The notes under the pieces are model-generated. The model did not search any database. It worked only from the letters and a program-made list of their open reading frames with translations, and was not told the origin of the DNA. The position numbers and the translations under genes were made by a program. From an uncultured Bdellovibrionales bacterium (GTDB taxonomy: Bacteria; Patescibacteriota; Minisyncoccia; Moranbacterales; UBA1568): DNA of 40,748 nt. The DNA is taken from contig CAZABS010000002.1 of assembly GCA_964483635.1 (NCBI GenBank), positions 1 through 40,748 on the forward strand. The letters run 5' to 3'. Shown one piece after another: positions 16,883-25,302 of this stretch; the first letter of the stretch is position 1, and each line of letters opens with the position of its first letter.

Positions 16883-18450
16883 AACGGTGTTATTCCCTTA
16901 ATAATAGCGCTGAATTTTCCATTCGCCAATGAGCCCTCGATCGTTTCATCTATATGGATATCCTCAGTTCGTCGCACGAGTTTTCCCTGGCGCCGTAGCA
17001 GGGCGTACCCGCGCTCCAATACCCGCCTCGGATCGAGCGAGGCCAAGAGCTCTCCGAGTGTCCTCAGGGATTCCCCCACTCGCTCTACCACATGCATATG
17101 TTGCTGCATCAGCTGTTTTTCCGAATCACTGACGAAATTCTTTTTCGCTTGAATATGAAGTGTAAGAGAAAGTACTTCTCCATAAAATCGAGAAAAAAGT
17201 GTCTGAATATTTTTCTGTAACTCTCGGAAATACCCCTCGATTTTTCGCTCACTCTGGCCAAGAATTTCGTTCGTCTCCACCATCAAACCATTTCCAATAT
17301 TTACGAGGGTGGTTTTCGCAAGATCCGCTTCATGACGAGCCATTTCCCAACCAGATGCCAATTCTTTCGCAGTCGCCGTCGGTGTAGAGACCATCATATC
17401 GGCGACAAGCGCTGCGAGGGTCACATCTTTCTCATGTCCCACTCCACAGAGTACTGGCACCCGTGAGCGTGCTACTTCACGCACTAATTCTTCGTTGTTG
17501 AAGGCCTGAAGACTCTCGAGGCTCCCACCCCCACGAATGAGAACCAAGCAATCATATTCTTGAGCATTCTCTCGGAAAAATTGCAGGGCTTCGATGATTT
17601 CAAATACTGCCTTTTTCCCCTCCACAGCTGTTGGATAAAAATCAACGTGAATACCGTTTCGACCAAGATTCATCGTAAAGTCTCCGAGAGCCGCTCCATC
17701 CGCAGACGTCACGAGCGCCACCCGTTCGATGAGCCGAGGGAGAATTCGTTTACGCTCAGGAGCCAAGAGACCCTCCTGCTCCAGTTTCCGTTTCAGTGCA
17801 TCATAGGCTTTCTTGAGAGCACCTTCCCCAGCAAGCTCGATCACCCCAACCTTGAGACTAAATCTCCCGCTCGGCTTATAAATCTCCGGTACCCCCTCAA
17901 TGATAACCTCATCTCCAACAGCCAATTCAACTCCCGAAACCTGGTACTGATAGCGAAAAATGACACAGTTTACCAGCCCCTCACCTACCGGATCCTTGAG
18001 CGAAAAATATACCACACGTTCACGGAGATCCACACTCGTCACTTCCCCCTTCACCCGAGCCGCCATGCCCGACAGTTCGACATTCATTCCGTCGAGAAAC
18101 TGACTCACTGAGAGCGGCTCGTGATTCATAGATTCTCGTTGTTCCTCACCTCCCTCTGCCGGTCCAAATTCATTCTTCGCACTACTAAATCCTCTTCCTG
18201 AAAAATCGGTCACATTCGGCATATCACCCACTTTGCATTCTTCAAGAATACGGAGAAGAATTTTCCCGTACTTTTTGCTCTTGGCTGACTTGATCCCCTT
18301 CACCTCCAAGAGTTCAAGGAGTGTCGAGGGCATCCGGCCGACGAGTGCTTCGAGGGTTGCATTATTCATGACACGGTATGTCTCCACCCCCTCGATCCGC
18401 GCCTGTTCATCTCTCCAGTGCCGCAGCGTCTGCATCAATTTCTGTGACAT
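16879..18450 (-). CDS. xseA: Exodeoxyribonuclease VII large subunit with N-terminal HRDC-like domain
   Basis: XseA OB-fold begins at LSVSQFLDGMNVEL...VKGEVTSV...VYFSLKD. Catalytic region LIRGGGSLESLQAFN. The first ~75 aa (LRHWRDEQARIEGVETYRVMNNATLEALVGRMPSTLLELLEVKGIKSAKSKKYGKILLRIL) match the HRDC consensus. Confidence 0.85.
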   Translation of the reverse strand: MSQKLMQTLRHWRDEQARIEGVETYRVMNNATLEALVGRMPSTLLELLEVKGIKSAKSKKYGKILLRILEECKVGDMPNVTDFSGRGFSSAKNEFGPAEGGEEQRESMNHEPLSVSQFLDGMNVELSGMAARVKGEVTSVDLRERVVYFSLKDPVGEGLVNCVIFRYQYQVSGVELAVGDEVIIEGVPEIYKPSGRFSLKVGVIELAGEGALKKAYDALKRKLEQEGLLAPERKRILPRLIERVALVTSADGAALGDFTMNLGRNGIHVDFYPTAVEGKKAVFEIIEALQFFRENAQEYDCLVLIRGGGSLESLQAFNNEELVREVARSRVPVLCGVGHEKDVTLAALVADMMVSTPTATAKELASGWEMARHEADLAKTTLVNIGNGLMVETNEILGQSERKIEGYFRELQKNIQTLFSRFYGEVLSLTLHIQAKKNFVSDSEKQLMQQHMHVVERVGESLRTLGELLASLDPRRVLERGYALLRRQGKLVRRTEDIHIDETIEGSLANGKFSAIIKGITPL

Positions 18451-18487
18451 AATGTTCTCTCAGTAAACGGATTGTCTCTCAATTTTT

Positions 18488-21400
18488 CTAACGGCTCTGA
18501 TTATAGAGAGCAGCGATTTCAGAAGCACCAAGAGCTCTATTGTAGATGCGGACTTCGTCCAATTTACCTGAAAAAAATCCAAAAGATCCACCGAATTGAC
18601 CAATGTAGAGATTGGTACTCTCCGTTGTATAAGCACTTGGAATTCCGTCAAGAGACCCACTTGAAGTAACTCCATCGACATACATAACGTATGAACTTCC
18701 ATTAAATGTTCCGGCAACGTGATGCCATTGACCAATAGCTACACTGGCAGTTGCAGCCTGTGGTGCAAAAGTACCTGCATGATTTTTCAGAGCGAACATT
18801 TGTGTGACTCCTCCATCACGCGTACTTGCAATTAGTTGAATATTTTTTGATCCGTCATACCACGAAATAACTCTTCCATCTGCTGTTTTATTTATCCAAA
18901 GAGCAATCGTAAACCCACTTGAACTGAGGTTGAAATTGCCGTTTTGAGGTACAGAAATATAATCATTACTCCCATCAAATGAAAGCGCCTGGCCGAGTTT
19001 TCCTGGCGTGACGGCAGGGCCATTCGTCAAGGTGCCATTGTTCCCCGCTCCGCTCCGGTCATAAGCAGTCGTTCCCGAGACATCCTGCCCATTGAACGAC
19101 CAATAGCCCTTGAGACTGGTATCTGTCCCGGTCGGTGTCCCGATCCGGTAGAGCTGGGAGATCTCATCCTCCGAGAGAGCACGGTTATACGTTCGCACTT
19201 CATCTATCTCTCCTTTGAAATTACGAAGACCTGTCCCATCATCTCCCACCCAAAAGGAATTCACATTGGAGACATTTCCCGCAAGCGTACCCGACGATAC
19301 GAGTACTCCATCGCTATAGAGCTTGACGGTGCTGCCGGCACGTAGCCCCACGAGATGATGCCACGCGTCATCACTCAGCGCCGTCCCGCCCCCAGGATAA
19401 ATTTCCGTGCTCCCGTTATTGACGTTCATCTGTGGAATCGAGCTGCTATTGATACCAAAGTACCACCCAGCTGCGCTCGATGAGTCTACATTTTTCTTCC
19501 CCACGAGCATATTCCCCGAGCTCCCCTGTGCCGTATAGCCCCGCCCTTTCGCCCAAAACGCCACCGAGAAATCGCCAGAACCAAAGTCCAAAACACCCGA
19601 AGCTGGATCAGTCACCGAAGCAATAGCATTGGTATCGGAACCTCCCGGAAAAAAAGTGAGTGAGGTTCCCATTTTTCCGGTAGACCAGGATGGGCTATTG
19701 GTAAGGGTGAGGGTGGTACCATTGGTGCTGCTATCAGTTGCGCTCGATCCTGAACCATCATCAAATCTCCAATACCCAGCGAGGCCCGAGTCGAGGCGGC
19801 CGACACCCTGCGGAGTCGAGGCGGCGGAATTTACCTTGTCACTCTGCCCGCTCGCGTAAAGGGACTGGATTTCACTCACCGACAGGACACGGTTGTTGAT
19901 GCGTACTTCGTCAAGAATTCCACCAAATCGCCCCGTACTCCCATTGTCACGCGCACCGATAGTGATCGCTGATGTTGTATTAGACATTGACCCACTAAAA
20001 CTCGTGGTAGATCCTGAGAGCACGCCATCAACATAAAAATCGATTCGAGTTCCCGTTTGGATGGCGACTGTATATAAGTGCCACTGACCATCGTTTATCG
20101 TACGTGAAAGCGTGACACTTGCAATAGTACTTCCACCCGAGGTCCAACTAATAAAACAAATGGCACTATCGGACATCTGTTGCAGCGCCCATTCCCAGCC
20201 AGGACTAGTCGCTCCTTTCATAACAAGATAATACCCCGAATTTGTTCCGCAGGTCTGGCTGGAAACAGAGCCTGATTTCTTTGCCCATGTTGAAATAGTC
20301 ATGTTGTTTACCGATGGACTGTGGACATCAGCATCCGGAACAGAGACATAATCATCCGTCCCATCAAAATTCAAAGCCTGACCGACGGCTCCGGGGGTGA
20401 CGGCAGGGCCATTGGTGAGGGTGCCGTTATTCCCCGCGCCACTCCGGTCGAAGGCTGTGGTACCAGAGACATCCTCCCCATCGAAAGACCAGTAACCCTT
20501 GAGGCTCGTGTCCACCACTGTCGGTGTCGTGAGTCGGTAAAGTTGGGAAATTTCATCGGTGGAAAGAGTGCGGTTGTATACACGAACTTCGTCGATATCA
20601 CCAGTAAAGAAACCATCGCCACCATTATTCGTTAACCCAGTAACCTTATAACCCCCAATGCGCCAATAACTTGATGGGTACGATGAATAGACTGTTCCGA
20701 TGGCGGTGGTTTGCTGGAGAACACCATCGACATAGAGCTGTATCGTCTTATTGTCCCCGTTACTCACGCCTACAGCATGGTGCCAATTCCCGTCATTGAA
20801 AGTACTCGGCGACGTTGCATATTTACTCACACCATCGTAAACACGAAAATAAACCTTGCCATCTGTGCCAATATAAATATCACGATCATAATAGATAGAC
20901 CCAGTACCAGTTTGATTGCTTTCCAGACCAATAATCTTGCGTCCTGAGGCGGTAGAGGTTTTGAACCAAGTGGAAAGAGTAAACATCTTGAAACTACTCC
21001 CGTCACCAATGTTGGTAGTCGTGGTAATCTCGTCATTTGAACCATCAAATGTCACAGCAGTCCCGATCTTGCCTGATGACTGCCAAATTGGAGATCCCTG
21101 AAGAGTCCCTGTATTTGCGTTTGTACTTGCATCTGCTGCCGAAGTTCCCGTACCTTCATCAAATTTCCAGTAACCAGCGAGACCATTAGCGAGAGTACCT
21201 CCCCCCTGTTTTTGGGAGATACTCGAGTTTATTTTGTCACTCGAGCCGAGATCGTAGAGAGACTGGATTTCAGTCGCCGCGAGCGCACGATTGTAAACGC
21301 GGACTTCGTCCATTGAACCATTCACATTGAAATACGGACCCCCTGCTCCATACGAACCAACTTGAAAGAATTCACTGTTTGAAGTAGATCCCGAAACAGC

Positions 21401-22039
21401 CGTCGAACCAACTGATACTCCGTCTTGATAGAAATACATCGTGCTTCCGGAACGCACTCCCATGTAATAGTGCCAGTCACCAACAATGGAAGTAGGGGTA
21501 GCAAGAGCATAGGTAGAAGATCCATTTCGGACGACAAACTGCAACTGATTGCTACTCCCGTACTGGAAATAATACCCAGCTGCATTTCCCGTTCCGACCG
21601 CTGTTTTTGAGAGTGGCACGTTGACAGATGAACTCTGATCAACATATCCACTCGTTTTCATCCAAAACCCAACTGAAAAATCACCCGAGCCAAAGTCAAG
21701 CTGACCACCTGCCGGGTCACCAATATGGACATATGCTTGGGTATCCACACCATCTGGCCAGAAACTGAGCGCCTGGCCGACTTTTCCAGCGACTTTCGCC
21801 GGACCGTTGGTTAGTGTTCCATTTGCTCCCGTTGTACTTTTATCGGTTGCGGTTGTTCCAGAGATATCTGCTCCATCGAACGTCCAATAGCCAACCAAAC
21901 CCGATGTAAGCGTACCTGTCTGTGGAGCATTGAGGCGTCCCCCAGCACGAACGGAGAAATACCAATAACTGATGGCTATACCACCAAAGACAACAAACAG
22001 CCCCAGATATTGGATGACGCGGGAACGAGTATGAGACAT
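18488..22039 (-). CDS. Large membrane-anchored surface protein with five tandem LamG (concanavalin-A-like lectin, Laminin_G_3-type) domains
   Basis: N-terminal TM YLGLFVVFGGIAISYWYF, then five ~215-aa units. Each opens with L.GYW.F(D/N) and closes with DEVR.YNR.L...EI..LY. Approximate unit limits are aa 47-262, 286-501, 513-728, 752-964 and 976-1179. Confidence 0.8.
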   Translation of the reverse strand: MSHTRSRVIQYLGLFVVFGGIAISYWYFSVRAGGRLNAPQTGTLTSGLVGYWTFDGADISGTTATDKSTTGANGTLTNGPAKVAGKVGQALSFWPDGVDTQAYVHIGDPAGGQLDFGSGDFSVGFWMKTSGYVDQSSSVNVPLSKTAVGTGNAAGYYFQYGSSNQLQFVVRNGSSTYALATPTSIVGDWHYYMGVRSGSTMYFYQDGVSVGSTAVSGSTSNSEFFQVGSYGAGGPYFNVNGSMDEVRVYNRALAATEIQSLYDLGSSDKINSSISQKQGGGTLANGLAGYWKFDEGTGTSAADASTNANTGTLQGSPIWQSSGKIGTAVTFDGSNDEITTTTNIGDGSSFKMFTLSTWFKTSTASGRKIIGLESNQTGTGSIYYDRDIYIGTDGKVYFRVYDGVSKYATSPSTFNDGNWHHAVGVSNGDNKTIQLYVDGVLQQTTAIGTVYSSYPSSYWRIGGYKVTGLTNNGGDGFFTGDIDEVRVYNRTLSTDEISQLYRLTTPTVVDTSLKGYWSFDGEDVSGTTAFDRSGAGNNGTLTNGPAVTPGAVGQALNFDGTDDYVSVPDADVHSPSVNNMTISTWAKKSGSVSSQTCGTNSGYYLVMKGATSPGWEWALQQMSDSAICFISWTSGGSTIASVTLSRTINDGQWHLYTVAIQTGTRIDFYVDGVLSGSTTSFSGSMSNTTSAITIGARDNGSTGRFGGILDEVRINNRVLSVSEIQSLYASGQSDKVNSAASTPQGVGRLDSGLAGYWRFDDGSGSSATDSSTNGTTLTLTNSPSWSTGKMGTSLTFFPGGSDTNAIASVTDPASGVLDFGSGDFSVAFWAKGRGYTAQGSSGNMLVGKKNVDSSSAAGWYFGINSSSIPQMNVNNGSTEIYPGGGTALSDDAWHHLVGLRAGSTVKLYSDGVLVSSGTLAGNVSNVNSFWVGDDGTGLRNFKGEIDEVRTYNRALSEDEISQLYRIGTPTGTDTSLKGYWSFNGQDVSGTTAYDRSGAGNNGTLTNGPAVTPGKLGQALSFDGSNDYISVPQNGNFNLSSSGFTIALWINKTADGRVISWYDGSKNIQLIASTRDGGVTQMFALKNHAGTFAPQAATASVAIGQWHHVAGTFNGSSYVMYVDGVTSSGSLDGIPSAYTTESTNLYIGQFGGSFGFFSGKLDEVRIYNRALGASEIAALYNQSR
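19008..19205 (-). repeat. Intragenic DNA repeat, copy A (LamG unit 4/5 junction and unit 5 start)
   Basis: Aligns with 20397-20594 at a constant offset of 1389 nt (463 codons). About 75-80% identity by eye, with substitutions of all types. Confidence 0.8.
20397..20594 (-). repeat. Intragenic DNA repeat, copy B (LamG unit 2/3 junction and unit 3 start)
   Basis: Partner of 19008-19205. It encodes QLYRLTTPTVVDTSLKGYWSFDGEDVSGTTAFDRSGAGNNGTLTNGPAVTPG, against QLYRIGTPTGTDTSLKGYWSFNGQDVSGTTAYDRSGAGNNGTLTNGPAVTPG in copy A. Confidence 0.8.
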
Positions 22040-22042
22040 AGG

Positions 22043-22546
22043 TTATGCTCTCATTTTAGCACGCCACAAAAGAATGAGGAGGAAACTCATCCCAGCTATT
22101 CCGAGGACATCTACTAGGACATCCTGTAGGTGAGCGCCTCGCCCAAAAATGAAGAACTGATGGAGCTCGTCCGTGGCTCCGTACATGAGCGAAAACACGG
22201 CTGCCAATATCAGAACTTTTCCAAACGTTTCTTTCAAATAGACGAGCCAGAAAAAACGAAAAGTGAGGAAGGTTAGTACGGCATATTCGAATACATGTGC
22301 GCTCTTGCGCTCGACGACGTACCAGAAAGGTGGTTCCCAATTTACTCCCGTTCCAGGCTGGTGCGAAAAAAAGAAAATAAGCCCCATCCATAAAATGAGC
22401 CAACTCCCACGCGCTGCGATCCGGATCGATCGAGTCATGCCAAAAAAATAACTATTTCCCTCGGAATCTTTCCATGACCTCCTGAGAAAGAACAAAAAAA
22501 GCGTAAAATGGAAGCCAGAGCCATTTGGTCGAACGAAGAAAGTCAT
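22043..22546 (-). CDS. VanZ-like family membrane protein
   Basis: HVFEYAVLTFL and GATDELHQFFIFGRGAHLQDVLVDVLG are VanZ-like motifs. The stop lies 3 nt before the LamG start. An alternative ATG at 22436-22438 (MTRSIRIAARGSW...) would give 131 aa. Confidence 0.7.
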   Translation of the reverse strand: MTFFVRPNGSGFHFTLFLFFLRRSWKDSEGNSYFFGMTRSIRIAARGSWLILWMGLIFFFSHQPGTGVNWEPPFWYVVERKSAHVFEYAVLTFLTFRFFWLVYLKETFGKVLILAAVFSLMYGATDELHQFFIFGRGAHLQDVLVDVLGIAGMSFLLILLWRAKMRA

Positions 22547-22586
22547 CGAGTGTTTTATTGAGGTTCATACGAAAGATTTTAAGCTA

Positions 22587-22961
22587 TTAAGCTGAAGGGC
22601 TTTTGAGCTTGCTAATCATAGAGATTAACATCTTTTTTTCTTCATTAATTAAAACAAAGATCTCTTTTCTTAGCATACCATTTCCATATTTAAGCTCCTC
22701 GCTCACAATTAACTGCGTCTCGAGCTCTGCTAAAGAGCCGTGGGAAATCCGCAAAAACTGGACAAAATCTTTCCTCGATGATCGGCTCCTTCCTTCTGCT
22801 ATATTTGAAGGAATAGATACAGCCGCTCGCCTCATTTGTGATGATAAGCTATACATCTCCTCTTTTGGAAAAGAAGCAGTAAACGCATATATCTTCGTCA
22901 CCAAAATTATTCCTTTTTGCCAGACAATAAGCTCTTTATACGTTTCTATCATAGCTTTCAT
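22587..22961 (-). CDS. Four-helix-bundle protein (23S rRNA intervening-sequence protein / DGR Avd-like family)
   Basis: YKELIVWQKG...SLSSQMRRAAVSIPSNIAEGRSRSSRKDFVQFLRISHGSLAELETQL is the family signature as I remember it. 124 aa. About 38% G+C by hand count. Confidence 0.8.
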   Translation of the reverse strand: MKAMIETYKELIVWQKGIILVTKIYAFTASFPKEEMYSLSSQMRRAAVSIPSNIAEGRSRSSRKDFVQFLRISHGSLAELETQLIVSEELKYGNGMLRKEIFVLINEEKKMLISMISKLKSPSA

Positions 22962-22997
22962 TACAGCTTACAAGCTTAGCAGCTACAAGCTTCAAAG

Positions 22998-23711
22998 CTA
23001 ATGGCTGATCTCATAAATTACATCCTTTTTCTCAACGACGATGCGCCACCCTTCTTTTTCAGCCGTTTTCTTGAGATTTTTGTTGGGGTTGAAGGCAATT
23101 GGGTGTGCAACCATTTTAAGAAACGAGCTATCCGATTCAGTATCCCCCACACCCACCGAATCCTCAAGTGACAACCCGTGTTCAAAAACATATTGCTTCA
23201 CCACCTCACCCTTGTTGCGTGATGGCTCGAAAGACGCTACCCCGGTATACCGCTTTGCCTCATCTAACTCATAAACACTCCCAAAGACCGCATCAAATTT
23301 CAGATAATGGTCATTGTACTCAGTCACAATCTCAAGAGGTGATCCTGAAACCACAATAATGTGATAGTTTTCTTTCTTGAGTTTTCGAATCAGCTCCTCC
23401 GCAAAAATATAGGTGCGTTTCGCTTGAAAAGGCACAACGATTTTGGCTGCCCTGAGAACATCTGTTTCACTTACCCCTCGTATATGTTCCGCGTAGAGCG
23501 CCACGAGTGCCTTTCGATAATCTTCATACGTCCCTTCGTGTTCGATCCAATTGGAATAAATCTCCGTGAGGCGTTTGCGAACTTCATTGGAGAAAATCTT
23601 CATCCAAGAAAGCTCATTGATCAGCTCAAAGTGGAGATTCTTCCGGAAAATGGTTCCATCAATATCGAAAATGGCCAATTTCTTATTGGCGACTCCTTTT
23701 TTTGTTGGCAT
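22998..23711 (-). CDS. HAD-superfamily hydrolase, subfamily IB-like
   Basis: Motif I LAIFDIDGTIF, motif II IIVVSGSP, motif IV GVGDTESDSSFL. Confidence 0.75.
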   Translation of the reverse strand: MPTKKGVANKKLAIFDIDGTIFRKNLHFELINELSWMKIFSNEVRKRLTEIYSNWIEHEGTYEDYRKALVALYAEHIRGVSETDVLRAAKIVVPFQAKRTYIFAEELIRKLKKENYHIIVVSGSPLEIVTEYNDHYLKFDAVFGSVYELDEAKRYTGVASFEPSRNKGEVVKQYVFEHGLSLEDSVGVGDTESDSSFLKMVAHPIAFNPNKNLKKTAEKEGWRIVVEKKDVIYEISH

Positions 23712-24255
23712 AGGCTTCTTCTATTGTAGCCTGTAATTCATAGAGAGCAATACCACCAGCCACGGAAACGTTGAGTGACTCCTTTTCCCCGCGCATAGGT
23801 AGTTCCATAATAACATCTGCCAATTTGAGCGCTCGTGGCGAAAGTCCCAGTACCTCATTTCCAACCAGCAATGCCACCTTCAGAGGAAGCTGAGTGGCCA
23901 ACAATTTTCCACGTACGAAACGATAATCTTGGCTTAGAGGAGATTGTTCCAGTGCCACAATAGAATATCCGTCCTGGTGCAATCGTTTTGCTACCCTGCC
24001 CAACTCCCGAAGGTATGTCCAGGATACACTTGCTTCAGCCCCCAGCGCCGTTTTCCGGAGTTCTTTTTCAGCCACACTCAATACCAGTTGCCTCGAGCGA
24101 GCTGGTCTTGGAGAATAGCCCGAGAGGAAAACCTGCTTTACACCCGCGCCATCGGCCGATCGAAACAGCGACCCGACATTATGGGCGCTCCGCACATTAT
24201 GAATCACGAGCACAAGCTGAGCTATCTCTTCCGATTTGTACATCATTTCATCCAC
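23683..24255 (-). CDS. TrmH/SpoU-family RNA 2'-O-methyltransferase
   Basis: NVRSAHNVGSLFRSADGAG, LLVGNEVLGLS and ESLNVSVAGGIALYEL are the three SPOUT motifs. The 3' end overlaps the HAD start by 29 nt. Confidence 0.8.
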   Translation of the reverse strand: MDEMMYKSEEIAQLVLVIHNVRSAHNVGSLFRSADGAGVKQVFLSGYSPRPARSRQLVLSVAEKELRKTALGAEASVSWTYLRELGRVAKRLHQDGYSIVALEQSPLSQDYRFVRGKLLATQLPLKVALLVGNEVLGLSPRALKLADVIMELPMRGEKESLNVSVAGGIALYELQATIEEAYANKKRSRQ

Positions 24256-24258
24256 AAC

Positions 24259-25278
24259 TTACGGGTACCTCTCAAAGAGTTCCTTGGCTTTTTCCCATAC
24301 CTCAGGAGCGCTTTGTTTTTCCTTGAGCCAATACCACCACTCGCCACCCCAGAGATAAATATCTGGAAACCCAACTTGCCGAGCATAGGTAACGTTTTCC
24401 TCGAGCAGATCGGCATTCATGGTAATATATTGTTCCTCAAGTGGAACATTGGCAACCCAGCCGTTCGCCCACGGTTCCGCCTGGAGCTCGATCACTGAAA
24501 ACTGTTCCTGATTGGTGAGAAGTCGCACGAGAGCGGCTTTGAAATGAAAGAAGGTCGGACCGACTGGATACGTAAAATAGCCAATATTTCCTTTGTAAAT
24601 CTTCCGATAGAGCGTCGTCCCAAACATATCTCCTCTTGCGGCGGCACGATACCAGAGACTGAGCTCGCCTGAATCCGTAAGGAGCACTGGGCGATCTGGA
24701 TCCAGCTTTTTTACCAGTGCCACTTCTCGATCAAGCAAGGAAACATCAAGTGCTGGGCAGTTTCCAAAAAAGACGAGAAAGGGTTCATTTTCAACCTGCC
24801 AGATCTTTATCGATGCCTCATGCTGGTACCGCCTCACTACCTGACCAATAAAGTGAAGGAGGGCATTCTCCCGATCTTCTGCTGACGTGCTCGCCCAACT
24901 TGGAATATGACACTCTGGCCAGCGTGGGACGCGTTGTCCCACAACAAGAATTAGTTCTACCTCACGCTTGGCAGCTTCGCGCACTTGCCAATCAAGATCA
25001 TGCCAGGTATATTCGCCCTTCTTTGGTTCAACGAGGTCCCAGTAAACCGGCAGCCGCATTTTTTTCACACCGATGTCATCAAGGAGTGCCTCGTACGTCG
25101 CTCGCCAATCTAGTCCGAGATCATTCGCGTAGCGCGAAGAAAATGTCATACCAAGGTGGACATCTTCACGTGGTGTACTCACCGGAAGATTGAAGTATCC
25201 AAAAAGCAAGATAGCACCTAGACATAATACCAGGAACGTTGCTCCTACCATTTTCAGAAATCCACGCCAGGCATGCAT
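24259..25278 (-). CDS. Membrane-anchored clan GH-A (TIM-barrel) glycoside hydrolase, family uncertain
   Basis: N-terminal TM. YWDLVEPKKGEYTWHDLDW, WQVENEPF (candidate acid/base Glu) and VIELQAEPW (candidate nucleophile Glu) resemble GH5/GH42-type enzymes. Confidence 0.55.
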   Translation of the reverse strand: MHAWRGFLKMVGATFLVLCLGAILLFGYFNLPVSTPREDVHLGMTFSSRYANDLGLDWRATYEALLDDIGVKKMRLPVYWDLVEPKKGEYTWHDLDWQVREAAKREVELILVVGQRVPRWPECHIPSWASTSAEDRENALLHFIGQVVRRYQHEASIKIWQVENEPFLVFFGNCPALDVSLLDREVALVKKLDPDRPVLLTDSGELSLWYRAAARGDMFGTTLYRKIYKGNIGYFTYPVGPTFFHFKAALVRLLTNQEQFSVIELQAEPWANGWVANVPLEEQYITMNADLLEENVTYARQVGFPDIYLWGGEWWYWLKEKQSAPEVWEKAKELFERYP

Positions 25279-25302
25279 ATCAACTTGCGTTATTTTTTTC
25301 TG

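Noticed and set aside
16409-17152. 247-aa plus-strand ORF
   Set aside because: It lies antisense to well-supported korA/xseB/xseA coding sequence and gives a low-complexity Ser/Pro/Arg-rich translation, so it is a shadow ORF. The same reasoning applies to 7442-8041, 12978-13595, 14247-14858, 23944-24498, 28008-28562, 32857-33561 and 33873-34487.
18488-22961. Diversity-generating retroelement: an Avd-like four-helix-bundle gene next to a large repeat-containing surface protein
   Set aside because: No reverse transcriptase ORF exists anywhere in the window. The only repeat pair I found (19008-19205 versus 20397-20594) differs by substitutions of all base types, mostly at codon third positions, not by adenine-specific changes. 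LamG is not a usual DGR target fold. It looks like ordinary domain duplication.
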